Source: Candidatus Thorarchaeota archaeon
GTDB lineage: Archaea; Asgardarchaeota; Thorarchaeia; Thorarchaeales; Thorarchaeaceae
DNA length: 32,000 nucleotides
Direction: 5' to 3'
Assembly (NCBI GenBank): GCA_008080745.1
Contig: SHMX01000008.1
Span: forward strand, 46,224 to 78,223
In this document: piece by piece, positions 8,666 to 17,553 of the stretch
Layout of the letters: every line of letters starts with the position of its first letter
Numbering within the stretch: the stretch's first letter is position 1
Program-made: the position numbers and the translations under genes
Notes under the pieces: generated by a model
The model's input: the letters and a program-made list of their open reading frames with translations, nothing else
Databases searched by the model: none
What the model was told of the DNA's origin: nothing

Positions 8666-11600
8666 TTATCTTCTTCGCCTAATCAAGATAACCACTGTAA
8701 TGAGGAAAAGAATGCCACCAATTGTTATCAATAATAATTGATATTCTGTTAGATTCCAGGGTAACCATCCCGGAGCTGTGGTTGTGGTGGTTGAACCTCC
8801 TTCAGGGACTACACGCACAATCACTGTATCCGAGGTGAATCTACCGGCTTGGTCGTATACGATTATGGTAAAATTATACACCCCATAGCCAAGTCCTGTA
8901 AGATCATACTCGATATCGCCACTAGTCCAAACCGAATAGTGGACTTGTGTACCATTTTGAAGAATAATGTAGTGACTACCACTAACATCTGAAGGGTTCC
9001 AGATTATGATTTCGGAGACTGCTCCATAGATGATAGTCATATCTGGAGGATGATTGATAACTGGAGGGGCGCCTTCTACTATTTCAATAGTGACCGAATC
9101 GGATTTCTGGTTACCTGCTCCGTCACTAACTACAAGCTCGAAGACATATACTCCAACCTCAAGTTGACCTAAATCAAATCCTAGATTTTCATGAATTATT
9201 AATCCAGCTTCTATCTCTGAGTTGTTCCTTTCCAGAGAATATTGATATGAGAAGTCATCATTAATTGTCCAAATTAATGTTGTATTGCCTATACCTTCTT
9301 CTTGGAGCACATTCATGGGGCTAGTAATTAGAGGAGCTAATTCATCCACAAGTATTTCTGGATTATTATCAAAAACATCATTGGATTGATCCAACTCGTA
9401 GACACTTTCGCCATCATAATTACTCCAATAGTTTCCATCCCAGTTAATCGAAGTGAAAGTGTCAATCGCATTTCCTTGAGCGTTCCAACCTATTGAGTTA
9501 TTATTCACAATAGAAGTGCCCGATATGATAATCATCTCAATCCCGATGCGATTGGAATAGATTCTATTATTGGTTATTGTACAGTTCTTAGTTCCGTAAA
9601 CCATGACTCCCTCGTCATTTCCAAAGAATCGTGAGTTTGTGATAGTTATATCACTTGATTGTTCAACAAAGAAACCTCGTTGATTTCCAGCAAAGACTGA
9701 ATCCCTCATTGTACAATTATTGCAGAAAGCAAATTCATTAGACCCAGAATAAACACCTGTAAGGTTATAGACTTCAATATTAGAGGAATTTACAAGTATC
9801 AATTCTCCCAGGTATGATCCATCAATTTGGACATTTGAAATGTTACAGTAATATCCCAAAGTTTTACCATTTACACTATTATTTTCGATATTGTGAATAT
9901 AATCCTCAATTAAGAGGCCTGTAATTGTAAGACCTGAGTTTATGAATTCATTCTCTATAACAGAACAATTCTCAGATGAGAACAAAATAAGAGGGGAATT
10001 ATCGAAGTAACAATGAGTGAGATTAAATCTGGATATGTCATCAAACATCGTATTTCTGCACTGATACACACTGCTTTCAGATACCGTGCAGTTTGTGGAT
10101 TTTGAAAACAACCATCCAAGACTACAGTTATCAATAACAGTATCTGTGAGGAGAATGTCGTTTGAGAATCCAATTTGGATAGGGGTGAAGCAGTTATAGT
10201 GACTCCCCCCTGAAACCGTAGTTTCATTACAGTTACCTAGAATAATCTGGCTGAATTGACTACTGTCAATTGATAAATTGGTTTCATTTAGGAAGAGTCC
10301 AATTAATTTTCCATTCAAATAACAGTCTTCAATGACCACAAACCAGTCTTCCAGATTTCTTCCTGCAAAGAATATACCGTCGTTCGTAAAGGAATTATTT
10401 CTTATTTCTACCTCATTTCGCGTTAATACTTTGAGTCCTGATTCTCGTTGATTATGAAATTCATTGTCTTCTATGGTAAGATTTGACAGTTCCGATATTT
10501 CGAGTCCAATCTTGTTGCTGGAAAACACATTGGATGTGATGTTAGTGAAACCAGATTCCGAAATCTCAACACCATCTTCTTCGTTATTCTGGAATGTGTT
10601 GCAGCTTATCGATGAATAGCTAACATTAAAGAAATCAAATCCTTCTTTCTCGTTATCTTTTATTGTGTTTTCAAGAAAAGTAGAATTAGATACCCGTACA
10701 GCATAAACACCTGTATTTTCAAGGCTATCAATTGTATTTCCAATAAATGTCACATTTAACGCATCTGCAATCTGTAGACAATTTAAAGAACCGTTGAAGG
10801 TGCAATTGGAAACCGTGATGTTTATGGAATCCTGAACCATAAGAGGGTCAAATCTTGGCTCAAAATCGCATCTTTCAATAACAGAGTTATTACAGAAAGC
10901 AAGCTGTGGTCCGATTGGGCTAGCTGAAACAAAGTTCGATAAAGTCACATTGCTGCAATTTGCAAATATCAGCTGGCCGTAGTTATCTGTGTTAACCGAG
11001 ATGTCACTAGCATTCCAGAAATATCCAATGTCTTTTCCATCTACTTTTACGTCTGTGATATTGATCTCCCAGGCTTTTGCTACCGCTCCCTCCAAATGCA
11101 GTCCGGTCTGATTGAATCTGAGATTTTCAAGTGAAATGTCTTCTGATGTCCCTATTGTCAACCCTGGTGATTCTTTTGAGCTGAAAGAATTATTCAGCAA
11201 TGAACAGCCATTTGATTCGTATAAAGCTATTCCGGGATAGAATGAATTATTTTGCAGTCCACAATAATTTGAATGTTCTATCAGACTCTCTCCATCATCC
11301 ATGAATGTATTATTCTCAAGAGTAGAGCTCCATGAGTATGACATGGATATTCCCCATAAGTTACTGAGAAAGGTATTATTGGCAATGACAGTAGTTGACC
11401 AATATATGTCAAGTGAACTCCAGAAATCCCTGAATGTGTTATTGACTATCTTGCCACCATCCGCCTGGTCAAGTACCACACCAAAGCCACTGTCTGATAC
11501 GTTCGATTGAAAGTAGCAATCACGGATGATAAAAGAAACTGCTGTATTTTCAATATTTATGCAATAGTTGTCATTAGTTATGTTATAACCACTTATAACA

Positions 11601-11836
11601 TACGGATTTGAAACTGACCCATTACCAATCCAACCTTCGGCAGAAGCGGTATCATTAAAATTATTATCAGAAGTTATGTGGATTGGATCATGCTCTATGT
11701 AGCTCAGTATTCTACTGGAATCCATAGAGTCTGCTATTTGAGATTCTCCTGATATCTCGTTAATAATCGATGGTTGAACTAGAAACGAAATAATAAGAAG
11801 TAAACTCACTAGAGTGACGATTTCTCTCCGAGGCAT
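8666..11836 (-). CDS. membrane-anchored surface protein with NosD/CASH-type right-handed beta-helix repeats and C-terminal Ig-like domains
   Basis: N-terminal signal/TM segment, HDPIHITSDNNF N-cap, many (I/V)xNNxF beta-helix repeats, two Ig-like repeats, Thr-rich linker STTTTT, C-terminal TM plus RRRR, and more than 30 N-x-S/T sequons. Confidence 0.85.
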   Translation of the reverse strand: MPRREIVTLVSLLLIISFLVQPSIINEISGESQIADSMDSSRILSYIEHDPIHITSDNNFNDTASAEGWIGNGSVSNPYVISGYNITNDNYCINIENTAVSFIIRDCYFQSNVSDSGFGVVLDQADGGKIVNNTFRDFWSSLDIYWSTTVIANNTFLSNLWGISMSYSWSSTLENNTFMDDGESLIEHSNYCGLQNNSFYPGIALYESNGCSLLNNSFSSKESPGLTIGTSEDISLENLRFNQTGLHLEGAVAKAWEINITDVKVDGKDIGYFWNASDISVNTDNYGQLIFANCSNVTLSNFVSASPIGPQLAFCNNSVIERCDFEPRFDPLMVQDSINITVSNCTFNGSLNCLQIADALNVTFIGNTIDSLENTGVYAVRVSNSTFLENTIKDNEKEGFDFFNVSYSSISCNTFQNNEEDGVEISESGFTNITSNVFSSNKIGLEISELSNLTIEDNEFHNQRESGLKVLTRNEVEIRNNSFTNDGIFFAGRNLEDWFVVIEDCYLNGKLIGLFLNETNLSIDSSQFSQIILGNCNETTVSGGSHYNCFTPIQIGFSNDILLTDTVIDNCSLGWLFSKSTNCTVSESSVYQCRNTMFDDISRFNLTHCYFDNSPLILFSSENCSVIENEFINSGLTITGLLIEDYIHNIENNSVNGKTLGYYCNISNVQIDGSYLGELILVNSSNIEVYNLTGVYSGSNEFAFCNNCTMRDSVFAGNQRGFFVEQSSDITITNSRFFGNDEGVMVYGTKNCTITNNRIYSNRIGIEMIIISGTSIVNNNSIGWNAQGNAIDTFTSINWDGNYWSNYDGESVYELDQSNDVFDNNPEILVDELAPLITSPMNVLQEEGIGNTTLIWTINDDFSYQYSLERNNSEIEAGLIIHENLGFDLGQLEVGVYVFELVVSDGAGNQKSDSVTIEIVEGAPPVINHPPDMTIIYGAVSEIIIWNPSDVSGSHYIILQNGTQVHYSVWTSGDIEYDLTGLGYGVYNFTIIVYDQAGRFTSDTVIVRVVPEGGSTTTTTAPGWLPWNLTEYQLLLITIGGILFLITVVILIRRRR

Positions 11837-11867
11837 CTAAAACCACAAAGCAATGAAGCTCTGAACT

Positions 11868-11882
11868 CTCTTATATTTTTTC
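11868..11882 (-). promoter_or_regulatory. possible BRE/TATA (GAAAAAATATAAGAG) for the beta-helix surface protein gene
   Basis: AT box about 35 nt upstream of ATG 11836 on the minus strand; position-based guess only. Confidence 0.3.
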
Positions 11883-11932
11883 AAAATTCATTGAATATAT
11901 TTGAGTATCAGCTGAATCCCTTGTTGTTTTTT

Positions 11933-12811
11933 TTAGAACTGCGATAGGGCACCCCGTTGTCGAACTAAACGTTCTGTGGCTCTGAATAACAGAGTACCGA
12001 CAATAACGAAGATAACATCCAGAATGATTAGAGCTATAACCGCAGTGATGACTCCCTCGTAAGCAAGCCCATACATAAGGAAACCTCTGAACCCCTCAAC
12101 GGTCCATGTAAGCGGAGAAGCAACAGAAACATACTGAAGAATTGGTGGAAGTACTGCAATAGGATACGTCATGGGTGCAACCAACATTAGAATGCTGGAG
12201 AGGAATTCTACAATCATCCAACCTTGCTTTGCTGTTAATACTATGCACACGACTGCAAAGATTACTCCTTGCATTGCAATGATCGAGAGGCCTATTATTG
12301 CAAGTGCAGGCAGAATTCCCCAGACATTTAGACTCACTCCAAAGATTAATACTGATGCCCCTAGCTGAAGAATGACTCCAAGCCCACCATGTTGAAGATT
12401 ATGGAGTGTCGAACCCCAGACAAGGGTCTCACGATTCATAGGTGTGGTCATAAGGGTCTCAAGGGTTCCTACATTTTGTTCTCGCCGTAGAGCAAAACCA
12501 GACCCCCAGAGAAGACTGAGAGCCAGACCTGTGAAAGCAGTACCAATTGCAATGTACGATAGCCAGTCGGAGATGCCTGTTAGATCTTGTAAATGAATAG
12601 ATTCACTAGAACCCGTTAGGGCAGTACCAGCAATCAGGTAGGGAATAAACCAGATGAAGGGCATAATGATGAACCAGAGTACGCTGAGAGGATAACTCAA
12701 CTCTACTTTCCACTGCTTAATTGCTATGGCACTAGCAGCCCGTAACTCGGCCCTGAATCCTTTCCGACTCCACATTTTCTGGAAAATTTCTGATTGCCCT
12801 TCCTCGGTCAT
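11933..12811 (-). CDS. ABC-2 type transporter permease
   Basis: Six TM segments, EQNVGTLETLMTTP (EAA-like) and YPIAVLP...SPLTW motifs; third gene of the ABC operon. Confidence 0.9.
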   Translation of the reverse strand: MTEEGQSEIFQKMWSRKGFRAELRAASAIAIKQWKVELSYPLSVLWFIIMPFIWFIPYLIAGTALTGSSESIHLQDLTGISDWLSYIAIGTAFTGLALSLLWGSGFALRREQNVGTLETLMTTPMNRETLVWGSTLHNLQHGGLGVILQLGASVLIFGVSLNVWGILPALAIIGLSIIAMQGVIFAVVCIVLTAKQGWMIVEFLSSILMLVAPMTYPIAVLPPILQYVSVASPLTWTVEGFRGFLMYGLAYEGVITAVIALIILDVIFVIVGTLLFRATERLVRQRGALSQF

Positions 12812-12812
12812 T

Positions 12813-13715
12813 TTAGAACCCTCCCATATGTCCTCTTTCCTTTGTCCATTTTTCTGCCCATTTGAACGAGAGCATCCCGAGACCCCAAAAAATCAACGCG
12901 AGAAATCCCAGAGCTCCAATTGATTGAACAAATGCAGGAAGACTCATAGTTCCATTGATCGCAATCTCTCTCACTGTAATGATTCCTATTGTCGTAGGAA
13001 TAACATACGCAATAGCCTGAACTGACTTGGGTAATGCCTGAACTGGATATTGAATTGGTGACAACATGTATGTTGACTCTGCTATAAGCTGTGTTAGGAC
13101 ACTTGGGTCTTTGAATACAAGAATCAAACCTGCCACCATGAAACCAAATCCATAGAGTGCAAAGACCATAATGAGCAATATCAAAACAGTTGGGAATATT
13201 GCCGTAATTGCATATTCTACACCGAACAGAAACATAGCAAATATCAACATGATGATCGCCTGCAATGTGCCCTGAATCGAATCAGAGAATGCAGCACCTA
13301 ATAGGATACTAATTCTTGGAACAGGAGCTGTGAAGAGTGGTTCAAGTGTGCCACTAAATTGCTCCCAGCGGAAATTGTTTCCTATCCCCCATATCGAGTT
13401 GTCCAAGTACATGAATACAAACCAGCCAATGACTGAGAATTGCACAAAGTCATCAAAACCTGATATATTGGTGAAGTGAGTACTGGTGCTAGGTCCAGCG
13501 ATAGCAGTTGCCATCAGAATGAATGGAGCAAACCAGAGAATGGGTAAAACACCCCAGACTAGAAAGTTAGCTGGATACCGAATTGCTATTTTGAGATTCT
13601 TTGTGGCAAATACCCTTGCCGCAGACCAGTCCATTATTCGTGGTTTGAAATCAGTGAGATATGCCATATCAGATTCCACTGATTTGGTGGATGGCTCCTG
13701 TATGGTTTCGGTCAA
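12813..13715 (-). CDS. ABC-2 type transporter permease
   Basis: Six TM segments, EQFSGTLEPLFTAP and YPVQALP motifs. TTG start overlaps the ATPase stop (TTGA) with an AGGAGG SD. Confidence 0.9.
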   Translation of the reverse strand: MTETIQEPSTKSVESDMAYLTDFKPRIMDWSAARVFATKNLKIAIRYPANFLVWGVLPILWFAPFILMATAIAGPSTSTHFTNISGFDDFVQFSVIGWFVFMYLDNSIWGIGNNFRWEQFSGTLEPLFTAPVPRISILLGAAFSDSIQGTLQAIIMLIFAMFLFGVEYAITAIFPTVLILLIMVFALYGFGFMVAGLILVFKDPSVLTQLIAESTYMLSPIQYPVQALPKSVQAIAYVIPTTIGIITVREIAINGTMSLPAFVQSIGALGFLALIFWGLGMLSFKWAEKWTKERGHMGGF

Positions 13716-14704
13716 TCAGCAATCCTCCTTCCAGTAAGTTGCAAGAACACATCATCCAAAGTCGGCTCCTTGACTTCAAAGTGCTCCACTTTAAGACCTG
13801 ACTTGTCACGGAGAAAAGAAAGCAATCTGTATGCGAGATCATATCCATCCTTCGCAGTCACAACAATCTCTGAATGTCCGTTCTTTGAGGTCATACTTGC
13901 AGACATGACATCCTCAATCTGTTTTATTTGCTCAATATCTGGTAAGCCTACAATCTTCATATGTAGACTGTCGTAATCACGTACTCCTTCTTTCAATTCA
14001 TGAGGTGTACCAAAACTTTTGATTTCTCCCTTGTTTATGAGTGCAATCTTATCACATAGCATATCTGCTTCATGCATATAGTGTGTAGTAAGCAAGATTG
14101 TCTTGTTCTTCAATTCTTGTTTCACATACTCTCTCAAGTCCGTCGCAAAAGTAGGGTCTAGCCCTTGTGTGGGCTCATCTAAAAGTAACACTGGTGGGTC
14201 ATGAATCAACGACCGTGCAAAAACAATTTTCATTCGCATACCATGTGATAAATTCTCAGCCTTCTCATCAGCCTTATCCGTGAGACCCATTCTGCCCAGC
14301 AGTTCGTCAGCCCTTTCCTTTGCTTCATTATGTGGCATACGATATAATTTTGCAAAGAAAATCAAATTCTCTCGAGCTGACAATTTCCAGTATATGGATC
14401 TCTCATTACCCTGACATACTCCCATCGCTGCTCTCGCATAGGCAGATTGTTGAAGCACATCATAGCCCATTACCCTTGCAGTACCAGCTGTAGGTAGAAC
14501 AAGAGTTGCAATCGTCTTGATGAGGGTGGTCTTTCCTGCTCCATTGGGACCAAGAAGTCCATATACCTGTCCTTTTGGAATATCTAATGAAACGTTCTTC
14601 AGTGCTTCTACCTTCTTCTTTTCAACCGGAAATACAATAGCCCTTCTCTTCACTGAGATGTACGTCTTTGTTAGGTTTTCAATCTCAACAGTATAATCTG
14701 TCAA
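13712..14704 (-). CDS. ABC transporter ATP-binding protein (DrrA/CcmA-like exporter ATPase)
   Basis: Walker A GPNGAGKTT, signature LSHGM, Walker B LLLDEP, H-loop TTHYM, C-terminal EPTLDDVF. Likely start is TTG 14704 with a GGGGAGG SD (ORF track start 14719). Confidence 0.93.
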   Translation of the reverse strand: MTDYTVEIENLTKTYISVKRRAIVFPVEKKKVEALKNVSLDIPKGQVYGLLGPNGAGKTTLIKTIATLVLPTAGTARVMGYDVLQQSAYARAAMGVCQGNERSIYWKLSARENLIFFAKLYRMPHNEAKERADELLGRMGLTDKADEKAENLSHGMRMKIVFARSLIHDPPVLLLDEPTQGLDPTFATDLREYVKQELKNKTILLTTHYMHEADMLCDKIALINKGEIKSFGTPHELKEGVRDYDSLHMKIVGLPDIEQIKQIEDVMSASMTSKNGHSEIVVTAKDGYDLAYRLLSFLRDKSGLKVEHFEVKEPTLDDVFLQLTGRRIAD

Positions 14705-14988
14705 TGTTATCCTCCCCAAAATAGAGGGAATTTATGTTCAACAACGCATGAAACCCATTGTACTATGAATATCTTTGACTCAGGGTCTCCGAGTGGAAAA
14801 GGTTCGGTCTATTGTCTGATGAACATAAAAGCACCAAAATGAGGCTGTCCTTTTCTAGTTATTAATTTTATCAGGTATGCAAACATTGGCGTGAATTGTT
14901 GTATTAGAATCTAGCAGAGTTCACCAACTAGTGATACAGAAATTGCTCTTCCGATAACATATTTAATTCAGCTCTCAACCGACCTGTT

Positions 14989-15888
14989 ATGCAGATTCAT
15001 CCTGATGTCCTATTTGGAGCTGTTATGGGACTAATTAGTGCCGCGCTCTATGCTGGGTCAGTAGTTGTATATAGATCCCAAGCAGAAGAGATGTCGGCGA
15101 TTCAGGTATCTGCAACAAAGATGTGGACCGCTCTCCCTCTCATGGCATTTTTGGTAATAATCGGATTAGCACCCGACCTTCCAACTCTTACACAACCTAT
15201 CATGCTAATCCTGGCCCTTTCTATCGTTCTTGGGGCGGTAATAGGAGATACTGTATATCTAGTAAGTCAGGAACGAATAGGTGTTTCCTATGCATTTCCA
15301 ATAGCTATGTCATTTCCTATTACTACTTATTTTCTAACCGTCATCTTCTTGGGCGAACCGCTTTTGTTCTCTAGACTGTTGGGCGTAGTGATTACCGTAT
15401 TGGGCGTAATCGTCATTTCACGTGAACAAGAATTCTCTGAGGATGAAACCAAGCCCCGATTGGATTTATTTGGCATTCTTCTAGCAGTCATTACTTCTCT
15501 TCTCTATGCAGTTGGTACCACGATTTTACAAGTTGGTGTAGCTGATGTAGATCCTATATCTGCTAACTTCGTGCGGGTACTTGCTGGTTCTATCGCGTTC
15601 GTTCCTCTGGTGGGTTATGGACTCCATAATGACTCAAAACGTCCTAGCAAAAGAAACGTCAAAATCGTGATTATCGCTGCTTTCTTTGGAATGGCAATTG
15701 GTTCAATTTTATTTGTTACCGCAGTAAAATTTGCGGGAGCAGCTGTCATGGCTGTCATGAGTTCTACCGCTCCTTTATTTGCTGTACCATTCTCAGTCTT
15801 TTATCTCAAGGAGCGATTGACTCGTCTTGCAGGATTGGGAATTATTGCTACAGTGGTTGGAATAGTCCTAGTTGTAATGGCATTCTGA
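14989..15888 (+). CDS. EamA/DMT family transporter
   Basis: About 10 TM segments in two homologous halves; GVSYAFPI and VFYLKERLT motifs typical of EamA. Confidence 0.88.
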   Translation: MQIHPDVLFGAVMGLISAALYAGSVVVYRSQAEEMSAIQVSATKMWTALPLMAFLVIIGLAPDLPTLTQPIMLILALSIVLGAVIGDTVYLVSQERIGVSYAFPIAMSFPITTYFLTVIFLGEPLLFSRLLGVVITVLGVIVISREQEFSEDETKPRLDLFGILLAVITSLLYAVGTTILQVGVADVDPISANFVRVLAGSIAFVPLVGYGLHNDSKRPSKRNVKIVIIAAFFGMAIGSILFVTAVKFAGAAVMAVMSSTAPLFAVPFSVFYLKERLTRLAGLGIIATVVGIVLVVMAF

Positions 15889-15996
15889 TACGATTAGTTT
15901 TCACTCTATATCAGATAATAATCCGAAAGATTCACATAGAAAAGTCTATCATATGAAACCAAGGAAAGTACTCTTTCTTAATAATGAGGGTGAAAT

Positions 15997-16197
15997 ATGA
16001 TTAACGAAGATGTAATCGAACTACCATCTAATATGTTATTGGAGCAATTGAAAGTTAGAGTTAAAGAATGGCTTAGAGGATCCGTCGGAAACAAGTACTC
16101 TTTTCACCTACTTAATGAATATCATGTAAGGCTAAGCCGATTTGCCAGGTACATACCTGGCATATCTTTTTTATTGCTATTCGGATTGGAGAAATAA
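15997..16197 (+). CDS. small hypothetical protein or gene remnant (66 aa)
   Basis: GAGGGTGA SD just upstream of the ATG; no recognisable domain. Confidence 0.35.
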   Translation: MINEDVIELPSNMLLEQLKVRVKEWLRGSVGNKYSFHLLNEYHVRLSRFARYIPGISFLLLFGLEK

Positions 16198-16352
16198 TTG
16201 TTATCATCAAGAATCTGATATCTTAGCCAATCTAATTCCGCTCACTCTTTTACTAAGTTACTAAAACCTCTGATCATCTACTGTGCATTATTGCTTTACT
16301 AACTATAAGGAATCAAAATGCCGTATTGTTATTTTCTTTGTTTTCTCTTAAC

Positions 16353-17279
16353 CTACTTTGCATAATCCAGAGTGACACGAGTTTCTTGCATATCTCCGCT
16401 TCGATAAAACTTTACAATAATCTCGTCCCCCACTTTGCTCTTGAATATAGCCGCTCTAAGATCCTGCATTCCTTTAATTTCCATATCATCTATACTTACT
16501 ATTACATCTCCGGCATTTAGTCCCGCCTCGCGTGAGGGACCCTCTGGCACTTCGAGAATAAAAGAACCCCGATCAACAGGTAATCCATAATGTGTAGCAA
16601 TCCCCTTATTCAAAGTAGCACCCATTATTCCCATCCAGGGCGTTTTCAATGAACCAGCATCCATCAACTCGTTGAACACATCTTGTATTCTCTCTGATGC
16701 TATTGCAAAACCAATTCCCTGAGACCATTGTATCATAGCAGTGGGTATTCCAATAAGTTCTCCCTCAATATTGACAAGGGCTCCACCACTATTTCCTGGA
16801 TTGATTTGAGCGGATGTTTGAATCAAACCTTCAAGGAATGTCTTTTTACTTGAAATAGTTCTTTCAAGAGCGCTGACTACTCCAAAAGTGATTGTTGCAC
16901 CTAAACCGAGTGGATGACCAATAGCAATTGCAAATTGTCCTACCTTTAGAGGCTTATACTTAGCGACCTCGACAGGTACTAGATCTTTTGCATCTATTTT
17001 AAGAAATGCCAAGTCTTGAACCACTGATTCTCCAACCACTTCCGACTGAAATGTTCTGCCATCGTTTAGTGTTACTTGAACCTCTTTTCCCTCTTCAATA
17101 ACGTGTGCATTTGTAACAATGTATCCACTGTCTGTTAGAATGACTCCAGAACCCCTGCCCTCAACAGGAAAAGCATCTGATAGTTGTGTTTCCACCAATT
17201 TTTCGATTGTAACACTTACAATACTTGGAACTACCTTTTCAACAACCTCAACTATCTTCATTTCTAGCTGTTCAAGCAT
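16353..17279 (-). CDS. htrA: HtrA/DegP-family trypsin-like serine protease with one PDZ domain, no signal/TM
   Basis: Catalytic triad TNAHVI, DLAF, GNSGG; IQTSAQINPGNSGG; C-terminal PDZ (WMGI...AGLNAGDVI). Likely start is ATG 17279 (ORF track start 17300). Confidence 0.92.
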   Translation of the reverse strand: MLEQLEMKIVEVVEKVVPSIVSVTIEKLVETQLSDAFPVEGRGSGVILTDSGYIVTNAHVIEEGKEVQVTLNDGRTFQSEVVGESVVQDLAFLKIDAKDLVPVEVAKYKPLKVGQFAIAIGHPLGLGATITFGVVSALERTISSKKTFLEGLIQTSAQINPGNSGGALVNIEGELIGIPTAMIQWSQGIGFAIASERIQDVFNELMDAGSLKTPWMGIMGATLNKGIATHYGLPVDRGSFILEVPEGPSREAGLNAGDVIVSIDDMEIKGMQDLRAAIFKSKVGDEIIVKFYRSGDMQETRVTLDYAK

Positions 17280-17553
17280 TTTATCAACCCACTTAAACAA
17301 ATGTTAATACGAATTCTGACTATATTACTTGTTGGGTGTGTTATCGTTCTTATTATGTTGGATAAGCATGTACATCGAGGTATTTTACCTCCATGATTTG
17401 AAATGGAATTGAGATCCTAGTCAGTGATTCTATATTTGTTGACCAGATTTTCCTTCTGTATCAGTCTATATCATCTCAGATCAGGTTCTGTCCAAGCTTG
17501 TCCAACTTACAATCAACGGTTATCAATTCAGGATTATGCTATATGTTCATATC

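Noticed and set aside
11881-11904. Imperfect palindrome TCAAA-ATTCA-T-TGAAT-ATA-TTTGA upstream of the surface protein gene
   Set aside because: It is short and AT-rich, so likely to occur by chance; I saw no second copy.
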